From Malacoraja senta (lineage: Eukaryota): a DNA stretch of 64,000 bases. Position numbers and translations under genes: made by a program. The stretch spans positions 124,001-188,000 of the forward strand of contig JAXLNO010004179.1 in assembly GCA_038087875.1 (NCBI GenBank), in the 5' to 3' direction. Numbering within the stretch: position 1 is the first letter of the stretch; every line of letters begins with the position of its first letter. Shown piece after piece: positions 53,029-64,000 of the stretch. Under the pieces are notes generated by a model. That model did not search any database, was not told where the DNA came from, and saw nothing but the letters and a program-made list of their open reading frames with translations.

Positions 53029-55691
53029 TCCAATCACATTAATACCGTTTTCTTCTATTTCTTGTATTATGCATTTCTTTCCAAATAGATTTATTGCCTC
53101 TCCAAATCCCAAACTCATGTAGTTTACACATTCCACACAATGTCAATAGAGCCATCAGTCCTTTCCTCATATCTGCTTTGATGTCATGACTTTGATGTTG
53201 ATACAGCATAGTCATCATAGCAGAAGATTACCAGGAGGATGGTGAAACAGTTCATGACTGCCCCCTCAGCCTTAATGATAAAAAAGTAACATCTTCACCA
53301 ACTCATGGGAATCCTTGGTCCATGATGATTCAAAAAGGAGTATCCAGGATGGAACTGTGAACCTTGACTCTCATTGCCAAGTCCATGTGGAAGCCCAGTA
53401 CAAACATCAGAAAGAGCTGCACCTGCTGCACACTTGTCTACCCACTCCTGCCTCACCTGTATCAGCGACGATGAGTCCCACATTGACCCTACCAGTTATA
53501 TTGGAACCAACAAAACTGGAATAAAATCAAATCACATTTGACCGCAAGGGACCACCTAAGATAAAAGTGGAGAAGATGATAACCTAAATACTGCTATCTG
53601 TTTAGGCTGATGTATAGAACATTAACCAGACATCACACATTTTAGTTAATTACAGAAGGGATTAACAGAAAAATTAGCAAAGGAACCCAGATGATTAGGA
53701 AATAGGATTTCTTACCACAAGCCAGAGGTGATATATATATATTTATATCATTTTTAATGTTACAAAAGGACAAAATGGCTGACTGGTAAAAGCAAAGTAT
53801 TAAGTGGTCAAGGAAGTGAGTAGGAAAATGTGATTGGACAAGTTGGCTGATGGGGAAATCACTCAGAAAAACCTGATGGCTTTGATGATTTCCTTTTTTG
53901 CTGGTGTGTAACTCTGGCTTTAAGATTTGAACCTTTGGAAGAGTTATGTATTCCCTTAATGGGGACACATTAACAGAGGGCAAATTAGAAGAAATCCATC
54001 AGTGCAAGCTAAAATGTAAAGATTACCATGTATCTTGGTGTTGCCTCTTGCAAATGTGGTATTTGTTACTTGCTGTTATATAGGCATAATGCAACAAGGC
54101 TAATGTTGCAGATTTGTCTTGGATTGGATTAGAAGGATCCATCATGGGAACTTAATATTATGGTAAACGCTGCTTCAACAGGATCAAATGTTGTCTGGAG
54201 TTCATCCTGAGCCCATGGTATAACAATTTGATAGTCAGGATACGATGGCAGGTACATGTTGAATTATTTTTAACTGTACCTTCCAAAGTTTGTGGTGGAT
54301 GGTATTAAATTGCCTGAAGTATGTTCCACATATACTGGAACTCATTTACTGTATCTAAATCATCAAGTACGATGGATATATCCCAAAGGAATTCCCATCC
54401 TGACTAATTTATTTGGCATTATATGGCAGCAGGAGTTATGAATAATAAAAAGGAAGTGCTGGCAGGAAAAAGTAAGCAATGACTGCAATTACATATGAAA
54501 CTAGCTATTAAGTGAAGAATAAAATGCACAAAAAGTAATTGTGCCTGCAAATTAACATTATTTTACACATTAATGTGAATTAACCATTCCATCAATGCAA
54601 GTTCTTTCTTTCCATAACCCGAGCAGGCATAGGCTGAGATGCAACTGCATAGAAAATCTCATCCAATGATTTGAAGCTTGGTGCAAGACTTAATTTTGAC
54701 AATTGTTCAGCAACAACAAGGATTTATTTTAGCACCACACTTTCTGCCCTCCAAGAGCAAATGTTATAAAGGTTGTACACAAATTTGAAGCTTAAAATTA
54801 TGTATCTAATATTGTACAAACAAAGTTTGTAAAGTGTGAGGCTCTGTTGCTGATTGGACTCAGTAAATTTTGAAATAATACCTTCTCTTTCTCTAAATTG
54901 CGGAATAATTCCCTGATTTGGCCATTGGGGTTAGAAATGTCACGCATCCATTTCTTTAATTTACTCTCCATTTGGCTGTATTGTGGAGCTCAAATGTGTT
55001 TATGTCTTCTCTTCTTGCCATCTCACAGCTTTACTTAAACATTATGACTACCTATTATTATTTTTATAGTTACATAGGGATGAATTTTGGAGATCCAGGA
55101 AATTCCAACACTTTCTAACGTTTCTTATAAGACATTACTGCAATTTCTTTGAAACAAGAAGCATATTTCTTGACATTTGCATTTTCAAAATACCAAATTA
55201 TTTGTTTTTCCCAACTTACCCAATGACATATTTAATTTGGAATCTATTTAAGGTCAATAAACATCTTACACATGTTCACACCCCCATCAAGGTTCCAATG
55301 TTTACCTATTAAAGTTGTTAAGCCTCCTTAAATATCCTCAGCAAAATTAGGCTATGAAGGGTGGAATTGTGATATGGCCATTATTGAAACATGGTTCAAA
55401 TAGGCAGAGAAATAGCAAATCAATGTTCATGGTTATAGAGATTTAAGATTAAATAGTGGTGTCAAGCAGAAGGATAAGTGAGGACAGCCAATGGCAAATG
55501 TTAAAGGATCAAATACAACAATGACAAAGCATAGAACAATTAACAAAAGGAATTCATATGTTTTGAACAGTAGGATGGTGAAGGGGGTTCTTATATTGTT
55601 TTTAGTGTGGTAGCAAAATACCAAAAAATGCCAAAAGTGAAAATCTAGACATATTTCTGCGGTGAGAAAACAGTAAATTGGTAAGAGTTTA

Positions 55692-55912
55692 GGTGGATAC
55701 AAGGAACTGTAGATGCTGGTTTACAAAAAAGGTACAAAGTACAGTAGTAACTCAGCGGGTCAGACAGCATCTCTGAAAAAACATGGATAGGTGACATTTC
55801 AGGTCAGCCTCAGACATCTTCAGTGGAGAGAGAAATAAACCCAAACGTCACCTATCCATATTCTCCAGAGATGCTGCTTGATGGACTGTGTTACTCCATT
55901 ATTTTGTGTCTT
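55692..55912. mobile_element. Head-to-head (palindromic) pLTR-derived element with 14-bp diverged TSD
   Basis: Arms GTAACTCAGCGGGTCAGACAGCATCTCTG...ATGGATAGGTGACATTT / AAACGTCACCTATCCAT...CAGAGATGCTG; flanks TTGGTAAGAGTTTA / TTGGTAAAAGTCTA. Confidence 0.75.
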
Positions 55913-56390
55913 TTGGTAAAAGTCTATAATAACAACATTGAAGAGTCAATATTGGATGCAGAGAAACAGGACAGAATTCTTTAAATGTATTCAGATAATT
56001 TTTTTTAGTTTGTTTGCAGCAAGACTAACAAGATAGTGGACTGTTCTGGGCTCATGGTTACTGAATTCTCAACATGGAGATGATAGGTTGAACGAAAGGT
56101 CAGTTTCTATGTTGCATGACTCTAATTAAATAACTCCACGATACTCGTGAGTTGGAAGCAGCATGAGTGGGAGAGTATTTTGGTGGTAGCGGAGTCGTGG
56201 AACCTGAATCTGAAGTAAAACTTCTCCAATGGAGAAATACCAATTTTATTTGGTTATGATATAATTTACCAAAAGTGTACTAGTAATGGTTGCCCAATGG
56301 CAAACCGTATCAGGCAACATCTGTAGAAAGAGAACTGGAGTTAAAGTATCAGGTTGATGACTAAGATATTTCATTGGAACAGAGTTCTTA

Positions 56391-56952
56391 AAGGCCTGTC
56401 TCACGCGTCTGCGGTCATTGGCGGCGAAACGGGAAGAATCTGCCGCCATAGACCGCGCACTCATGAGAACGTACAATTCCGGGGCCGTGCGGCGGTGTTC
56501 CCAACACCGCACGGTGCTAAAATAAAACCGACAATGTTGAAAACTATATACTCACCGCACAACCTCCACCAGTGATGCACGAGTGGGGCACGGCCGCCCG
56601 CACGGGCCGCCGCCAGTGTGGCCATGCGTCAAACCTCCACTGCCACAGCCTCCACCAGTGAGGCACATGTGCGGCACGGCCGCAGGCACAGCCACCGCTA
56701 CAGCGCCGCAATCAGGACGGCCGCCGCCACGAGTCACGTGCGGCGGGCCGACGTCATCGCAGTCGGCCCGCCCTTTTTTTAACTTACCGCAAGCACGTGG
56801 GACCCGCCGTGTTTGAATTACTCGGCCCCCGCGCAGCATCCGTGCGGCGCTCCAGTGGATAGGCTCGGCGCTCTCGCCGTTGCCGTGCGGTCCCCGCTAC
56901 CGGCGACGCCGCGCTTCACCACCGATGACCACAAACAGGTAAGACAGAGCCT
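56391..56952 (-). mobile_element. PIF/Harbinger-type MITE, copy 2 (inverted relative to 9242-9698)
   Basis: AAGGCCTGTCTCA ... GACAGAGCCT with TTA TSD (56388-56390, 56953-56955); shares GGGGCCGTGCGGCG(G)TGTTCCCAACACCGCACGGTGCTAA with copy 1. Confidence 0.82.
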
Positions 56953-57204
56953 TTACTGATGGTGATCAACCTGGACAGTTAACTATATTTCTCTCTCCAT
57001 TGAAGCTGCCTGACCTGCTTCTTTTCCCACATATTTTTAAATTGAATTCAACATATCAAACATCCATGGTATTTTGCCTCTATGTTTAATGGTATATCCA
57101 TCAGCGTATTATAAGAAGACCAGCTGAAGATTCAGAGAAAATATATTTTCACAAGAAATGAATGGGACTCCAAAATCACAAGCCTTCTGTTTGAAGAGGG
57201 TGCT

Positions 57205-57788
57205 CAGGAAGAACAACATCACCCAGAGGATCACTGCTGCTATCCTTTTACCGATGCTCAATTGAGAGCATCTTAACATACTGTATATGCGTGTGGTACA
57301 CCAGCTGCACAGCGGCTAAGAGGAAAGCGCTCCAGAGGGCAATTGACAACGCCCAGAAGATTATCGGCTGCCCTCTCCTCACCTTGAAGGACCTACACAG
57401 TTCCCACTGTCTCAAAAAATCCAAGAAGATCATAAAGGACATTTTCCACCCCGGTCACTCCCTGTTTGTACTGCTGCCGTCAGGCAGACGGTACAGATCA
57501 ATGAGGACAAGGACAAACAATCTCAAAAACAGTTTTCATCCCACAGCAATAAATACACTTAATGTAGCCACCAAATGAGTACAGGTACGCTACACACCAA
57601 AGGGACTGTGAAATAGACAGAAGAATGTGTTTTTTTTTCATGTTATTTATTTTAGTTGTTTATCTTGGACTTTTGCTCTAAGAAAATGTGTGAATGGTGC
57701 ACTGACTGGTTGGCATTTCTAATTTCATTGTACATGTTTACATGTTATAATGACAATAAAGTATTCATTCATTCATTCATTCATTCAT
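57205..57788 (+). mobile_element. Rex1/Babar-like LINE 3' fragment
   Basis: FYRCSIESILT...WY...ALQRAIDNAQKIIG...HPGHSLFVLLPSGRRYRS; AATAAA followed by an (ATTC)n tail. Confidence 0.8.
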
Positions 57789-57901
57789 ACAGCATAGGAA
57801 ACTAAAAGAAGCTGACTGGAGTAAGAAAAGTATCAATTTAAAAAGGTTCTGAAGGTAGAAAGGAAGTATGAGAAATATTGACAAAATAAGCATATTAACC
57901 A

Positions 57902-58392
57902 ACATAGATACATAGATACATAGAAAATAGGTGCAGGAGTAGGCCATTCGGCCCTTCGAGCCTGCACCGCCATTCAATATGATCATGGCTGATCATCCAA
58001 CTCAGTATCCCGTACCTGCCTTCTCTCCATACCCCCTGATCCCCTTAGCCACAAGGGCCACATCTAACTCCCTCTTAAATATAGCCAATGAACTGGCCTC
58101 AACTACCCTCTGTGGCAGAAAGTTCCAGAGATTCACCACTCTCTGTGTGAAAAAGTTTTTCCTCATCTCGGTCTTAAAGGATTTCCCCCTTATCCTTACG
58201 CTGTGACCCCTTGACCTGGACTTCCCCATCATCGGGAACAATCTTCCTGCATCTAGCCTGTCCAACCCCATAAGAATTTTGTACGTTTCTATAAGATCCC
58301 CTCTCAATCTCCTAAATTCTAGCGAGTATAAGCCAAGTCTATCCAGTCTTTCTTCATATGAAAGTCCTGACATCCCAGGAATCAGTCTGGTA
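57902..58392 (-). mobile_element. CR1 LINE 3' end (same young subfamily as 48876-49345)
   Basis: TRLIPGMSGLSYEERLDRLGLYSLEFRRLRGDLIETYKI...; (CTATGTAT)n tail; near-identical to the 48.9-kb copy. Confidence 0.92.
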
Positions 58393-58814
58393 GGGTCTGC
58401 AAATCTGTGATCCTTCACACATCTGTGGAAAGGGTCTGCAAATCTGTGATCCTTCATTCTGATGACATTGCGTTGAGGTCATTGGTAAAAAAATGAAAGG
58501 GGAATTGATGAAAATCTTTCCACCCAAAAAATAAAGAGCTCTGAAACACGTTGCCTTAAACAAGCATTACAATAAAAAACTACTTGGAAAACTATTATGT
58601 AGCATAACATATGGGCCAAGGCCTGGGGAGAGGCCTGGGTTACTCTTTTAGCCAGCGTGAACACACTGGGCTAAAAGGTCGCTTTCTATGCTTTAAATTT
58701 GTATGGTATGTCTATGATATCCAAATGGGGTGGAAAATTGCAACCTTCACGTGGTCCGTCCTGTTTCGACAAATGCAATCAACCCGGCGTGCACAATCAA
58801 ATAAGATCAAATAA

Positions 58815-59239
58815 TTTCGGGAAAATTGGACACCGAATAATGGAGAGTGAAGACGACCTCCTTCGATCTCCTTCGACCTCCCTTCGACCTCCCTTCGACT
58901 ATGATGAAGACTATCTATGACTACCTTCGACTACCTTCGACTACCCTCGATTACCTACGACTAACATGCCGACCTACTACGACATACTACGACTAAACCT
59001 ACGAGTAAAAAAAGTATTGATTTTTTCCATGGCAACTTTTTTTACTCGCGGGCATTTTTTAACATATTGTAAAAATCGGCGCGACCTAGCTGAGGCCTCG
59101 AGTACGCGGAGACCACTCTCGAGCATGAAGGAGAGTGACGAAGACCTCCTACGACCTCGTGTCGACCATGCTGCGAGTATGAGTCGAGGGCAAACTCACC
59201 TGAACTCGCGGATTAGGTCGCCCAAGTGGGACAGGCCCT
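58815..59239. mobile_element. One-ended Harbinger-type MITE with internal CGAC-rich tandem array
   Basis: Terminal AAGTGGGACAGGCCCT|TTA (TIR AGGGCCTGTCCCACTT, related to the MITEs at 9.2 and 56.4 kb); array of CCTTCGAC/CTACGAC units at 58850-59000. Confidence 0.65.
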
Positions 59240-59261
59240 TTAACCTTTTCATTAGAATGGA

Positions 59262-59435
59262 GTATGGGATCTTTTGTATTCACCCAAGAAAGTAAAAAGC
59301 TTCATTTTCAGATTTCATCCAGTAGATCCAACAATACCGCATTCCTTGAATTTCCACTCAAGCCTTTGAAGACAGACTCAAGTCCATGACCTTGTGACTC
59401 AGAGGCAAGAAGTCTAACCAGTGAGCCACAGCCAA
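59262..59435 (-). mobile_element. Deu-domain SINE 5' remnant
   Basis: Reverse strand GCTGTGGCTCACTGGTTAG...GCCTCTGAGTCACAAGGTCATGG...GGATGAAA...GGTGAATACAAAAGATCCCAT. Confidence 0.5.
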
Positions 59436-62400
59436 TCTATTTCTGCCACCATGCATATTTAATTTTTTTTAAAGATATTCTACTCAGCATGTAGCAAATT
59501 ACTGGAAAAGACATAAGGCTCAAAACAAGCCTTAATGCAGTTTCCTTTTCATTAACATGCTATTATAATACACAAGAGGCAGGCAACAGTTCCTTTATAA
59601 TGGTGGTGGAAAAGGTTGAATACTGGAATGGACAACATAGCACACAGATAACATAATAAGGTAAATTGTGAGAGCACTTTATAATCATAAGTTCCACAAT
59701 ATTTTGTTTTTTTGCATTTGCAATAACTGATGTTGATTTTTTTTTAAACCTATAACAGTGGCCTCCCTCAGTCCCCTGGGCCCCAGCTCCAATCCTTCCC
59801 TCTTTAGTTTGATATGCGTGTCACACCCTAGAGAGTGAGTGACTGTAAATTTCCCAAACTGCATGCCGTGTGCGAGCTCCTGAAGGCATCAGCTTGTAAT
59901 GGAAATGCTGAAGCATAGCTCGGGTGTTTACTGCACGCTATCACAGATGATTAGGATGGTGGTCATCATATAAGCATTACAAACTGCTGGCTGGACAAAA
60001 AAACCCAGAGAATTAGAGTTGGAAAAAAAAAATCAGCACTGCAAAAATCTTGACTAAAATGAAGTGCAGGAGGATCTGCAGTGGTCAGTGGCATGACATG
60101 AGTGCGAATAAATCACGTCAAGGAGCTGAGGTGCAGGGATTGACCTTAAATTGGCCATGCACCTTTTATTTTGGTTTAACCAACATCAAATAGCAAAATT
60201 TCTAATGTGTTTCTTGTTCAGAGGCCTTCTGTTGGCTCCTGACTCATTGGTAGTAATTAATATATTGATCGTGCTCAGAAGGAAATCTTTGAGCATCACT
60301 CCCTCGATTTTTATTGTAATTTGAAGCTACTCTCTACTTAGAGGCCATTTTCATTGAGCATAAATCCAAAATAGAACAGTCAGATATCAGCATCATAGTG
60401 CATGATTTACATTGTGGCAATGTAATGCAGAGCATGATTTGAAGTAATGTCAGGAGCATCATTTTGTACATGAAAGAGATATTGTTTTGGTGGCTTAAAT
60501 GTACTGTAAGTACGTGTCAGACTATGTGTCAGAGAAATTTAGACAAACACACACAAGGTATAAAATGTATAAATACAAAGCTGGCCCAGAAAATATAAGC
60601 AGAATGAATAGGTTACTGGTAGTTTAGTTCCAGTCAGGGACTCGTGGACCTCAAAGACACAGGAACAGGATATCAGGGCCTTTAAATTTATTGTGGTTTC
60701 CTCTGTATTGGATACATAGTGATGATTTCATATAGGTTTTCATTGATTGACATCACATACCCACACCATATGTAAACTTATTTACAACTTCAGCAGCAAG
60801 CTTTAAGTAATAACACAGAAGGAAGGATGTCTTTGAAATTCCAGAAAATGGAGAAACAATCTTCTGAAGCCTGTTTCAAACCAACTCAAGTAAATAAATG
60901 CTGGCAGGATATTAAGTGGCCAAAGCGTTTCTGTGGCACAAAAGCCATAAATAATACAAAACAACCAGTTTGAGCACTTTTATTAAGGCTCAACCCGATT
61001 TAGCAGGTCAGTACAGAAAACCTTAATGTACAGATGAAGTAATCTGTAAAAGTCCAGATCTTTAATCACGCTAACATTTGAATGACTCTTCTTTATACGT
61101 TATGATGTTATGAATTAATAGGAAATTCCTAAAAGAGATAGCAGGTCAGATCTTGCTCATTTGGTCCCATTGCCTGCAATCACCACCTACAGTTCCTCCC
61201 CATGCACTTGCTTACCAAATCCTGATGCAGAGGTCCAATATTGTAGTCCTGAAGCAACTTTAGCCATGACTTTAGCCACGAGACAGAGCAGTGGCAGGGC
61301 CTCTGGTGACGCAGCCATGGGGCGATGCCCTGGAAACAGGTCTGATAGCACTGACAGCTGTCAAAACCCCACCCTCAGCCTTAGCAGCGGCAAAGGGTGT
61401 GAGGGATGTTTATAAGCTTTTAACTGTCCTTAATGTTCAAGAGTATTAAAAGAAGGTTAAAATTATTAATTTTAAAAAGTCACCTTGAAACATAGATGAT
61501 TACAGAAAATATTTGCAAGACTCATTAAGTCAGGCCATATCTGCAGAAAGAAAATCAGTTAACTTTCAGGTCGAGCGCCCTTTGTCAGTTGAGATGAAGA
61601 GATCTGGACCTAAATGTTTAGTGGGTTTCTTCCTATTGATGCTGCCTATTGATGAATGTTTCCAGCACTCTCCATTTTTAATTCAAATTTCTAATATCTG
61701 TGCATTTTTTTTGTTTTAATTTTCAACAAAAATAGTTGAACTCGTTAAATCAAAGCAAAAATGCAAAACTAATTAAGGAAAGTAAACTTCCTTCCCCTTT
61801 GCCTTCTAATCCCCAGCCTGCAGTACCAATTGAAATCAATGGAGCCTGAGGTTCTGAGAACCAATTGCCCAACATACGTGGTGGGAAATCTTAACACAAC
61901 AGGACTCCGCAGTGACAGAGTGAAGTGACAGTTTCAGTGTTCCTGGAACTTGAGTATTTGACAGGGCACATGCAGAGGTCCTGGACTTAATGTTGCTTAA
62001 TCCACTAAATGCTGATGGTCCCATTTACAGTTGTTAGCATGAACATTGCACATCAGTCCAAAATCTTTACACCAGGATGTCACTGTACAGTGTGGACGTG
62101 AATATTTAATGCATTATTTATTATTTAATATAAAATTAACAATAACTGTATATGCTTTGTTTCAAAGGTACAATTGTGCCACTGATATTTTGGACATAAC
62201 TTTGGTCCTTAATCTTAATTCATTTTTAATATCATCTGTTTATCCATATCATAAATGTTCCCTGTGGCGTGGATGGGGCTAATGGCTTAATAATTCAAAA
62301 ACTGAGCATGCAAAAATAAAACTTACCGAAAGGTTGTTCATACTGCCTTTTTATTTCTGTTTGTGGAGTTACTGCAATGTTAGGGGCATGTCCACACAGT

Positions 62401-62699
62401 CCAGTATTGCAACAATCTTACTGACGATGCATTCATATAATTTAACTGGACTATAATTGGCAAGGTCTTCACATCTCATGCCACAAATTCCTCTACTAGA
62501 ACCGGGCCAATGCTTTTATCTTATTGTCCAGACTTGTTAATTGATTTTACAGGATTAAGGTTGTCAACTTTGTAATGAAATCATAACCTTGAGCACCAGC
62601 CTTTTACAGAGCAAGTGACCACATTGTCCATGTTTTCTTTTGAAATTGTGCACTATATTTGGGAGATTGGGGCCAGAGTTTACAAGAATTGCTCCTTTG

Positions 62700-63010
62700 T
62701 CATAGACCAACTACGATGGGAGAATCTAAAACCAGAGGGCACAGAGTAAAAGGACATACCTTTAGAATGGAGATGAAGAGGAATTTCTTTAACCAGAGGG
62801 TGGTGAGTCTGTGGAATTAATCACCACAGAAGGCTTCAGAGGTGGTCATTGTGTATTTTTAAAGCAGAGGTTCATAGGTTCTTGATGAGTAAGGGTGTCA
62901 AAGGTTATGGGGAGAAGGCAGGAGAATATGGTTGATAGGGAAAAATAGATCAGTCATGATCAAAAGGCAGAGCATACTTGATGGGCCGAATGGCCTACTT
63001 CTGCCCTTAT
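62700..63010 (+). mobile_element. CR1 LINE 3' end, diverged
   Basis: GGAATTTCTTTAACCAGAGGGTGGTGAGTCTGTGGAATT...GGGCCGAATGGCCTACTTCTGC. Confidence 0.8.
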
Positions 63011-63644
63011 AAAAAAGAAACTGGAATTAATGGTGTAAGCACAAAGGAAATCTTACACAGTTTCGCACCATCTGAATGGAAGAGGAAGATTGTACATATT
63101 AAGTGGTGGATTATTACAGTAGAAGATTGTAGGCTCTGCTAGACTTGCAGGGTGTTTACTGGTCACAGCTCATTTGGTAAGTGTGAGTTCTGGGCTGAGA
63201 GTTACATGAACATGTAGTCAGAGAGAGTTGGCAGACTACTTATAAATAACAGAAATAAAAGTATTTTTTGAACTGGAAAAGTAAACTTGCAGATAGCAAA
63301 TTGAAAGCACACGGCAATTGCTCTTTTATATGACTTGAGAAACCTCACACCGATCTGCCCTGCCGATCAGTTCATCAAATGCCATCTGGGAGGCCAAATA
63401 GAGAAATGAAGTGTCTCCCACTAAGAATGAAATGAAGTGCCTCCCACAAAGGATCTGAATGGGCAGATTAATGTCACCTGTTCCAAATTTTAGGATACAT
63501 GGCCATGATATCTTCATTTTTGTGGCAGATCACTACAGAGGCACCTGTGGATTCTGTTGAAGGTTGTCCACAATCTTTGAGGTCAAAGCCAATTGTCCTT
63601 GTTGTATGGTCAGTGATGATATAACTACTCTGCACTGGATATGT

Positions 63645-63802
63645 GTAGGAAGGAACAGCAGATGCTGGTTTAAATTGAAGATAGACATAAAATGCTGGAG
63701 TAACTCGGTGGGACAGGCAGCATATCTGGAGAGAAGGAATGGGTGGCATTTCGGGTGGTCTGAAACGTCACCCATTCCTTCTCCAGAGATACTGCCTGTC
63801 TA
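63645..63802. mobile_element. Fold-back pLTR-derived element with perfect 16-bp TSD
   Basis: Flanked by TCTGCACTGGATATGT (63629-63644, 63803-63818); arms GACAGGCAGCATATCTGGAGAGAAGGAATGGGTGGCATTTC / GAAACGTCACCCATTCCTTCTCCAGAGATACTGCCTGTC. Confidence 0.88.
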
Positions 63803-64000
63803 TCTGCACTGGATATGTCCTATATCCCTTGTATTTGGAGATTGGGTCTGTGTCTCACATGGGTGCTGGCTGGTGTTAAAAATCATTGTTGGTAGTGTTT
63901 TGTGAATGGGTATGATGTCGTTCTGTTTTATGATAAATGGCAGGTCAGTTCAATCTTACTTTTTTCCCCATTGAAGCCAAGGGTTAAATTCAAGGAGCAT

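Noticed and set aside
58850-59000. Regular short repeats reminiscent of a CRISPR array
   Set aside because: Eukaryotic context with no unique spacers; these are degenerate tandem units inside a MITE.

Overview
Vertebrate genomic DNA, most likely from a cartilaginous fish (skate or ray), judging from the HE1-type V-SINEs, Deu-domain SINEs and CR1/Penelope repeat complement. The only host gene is protocadherin-19 (pcdh19) on the minus strand. Its large first coding exon spans about 45588-43099 and encodes the signal peptide, six cadherin repeats, the transmembrane helix and the proximal cytoplasmic tail. It ends at a canonical GAG|GTGAGT donor. Positions 1-43098 are intron (no downstream exon recognised), and positions above about 46.5 kb are upstream sequence. 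The rest is a mosaic of transposons: CR1 and Rex1/Babar-like LINE fragments, tRNA-derived SINEs, a 1.75-kb non-autonomous Helitron, PIF/Harbinger-type MITEs with TWA TSDs, a Tigger5/MER47-like MITE and an unclassified TIR element. The most notable signal is a family of about 18 short (90-220 bp) repeats derived from the terminal repeat (pLTR) of a Penelope-like element. Their consensus carries a minimal hammerhead ribozyme (CUGAAGA-A-stemII-GAAACGUC). Several are flanked by their own 9-16 bp target-site duplications and some form head-to-head hairpins, so they look like an independently mobilised, retrozyme-like non-autonomous family. A decayed Penelope parent (RT C-terminus, GIY-YIG, HHR tail) lies at 48.55-51.25 kb. 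Other points of interest are that the pcdh19 exon is uninterrupted where human PCDH19 has introns, a perfect 20-bp pre-miRNA-like hairpin at 8.2 kb, and candidate CTCF/RFX/homeobox regulatory clusters. Repeat family names are from pattern recognition, not database searches.
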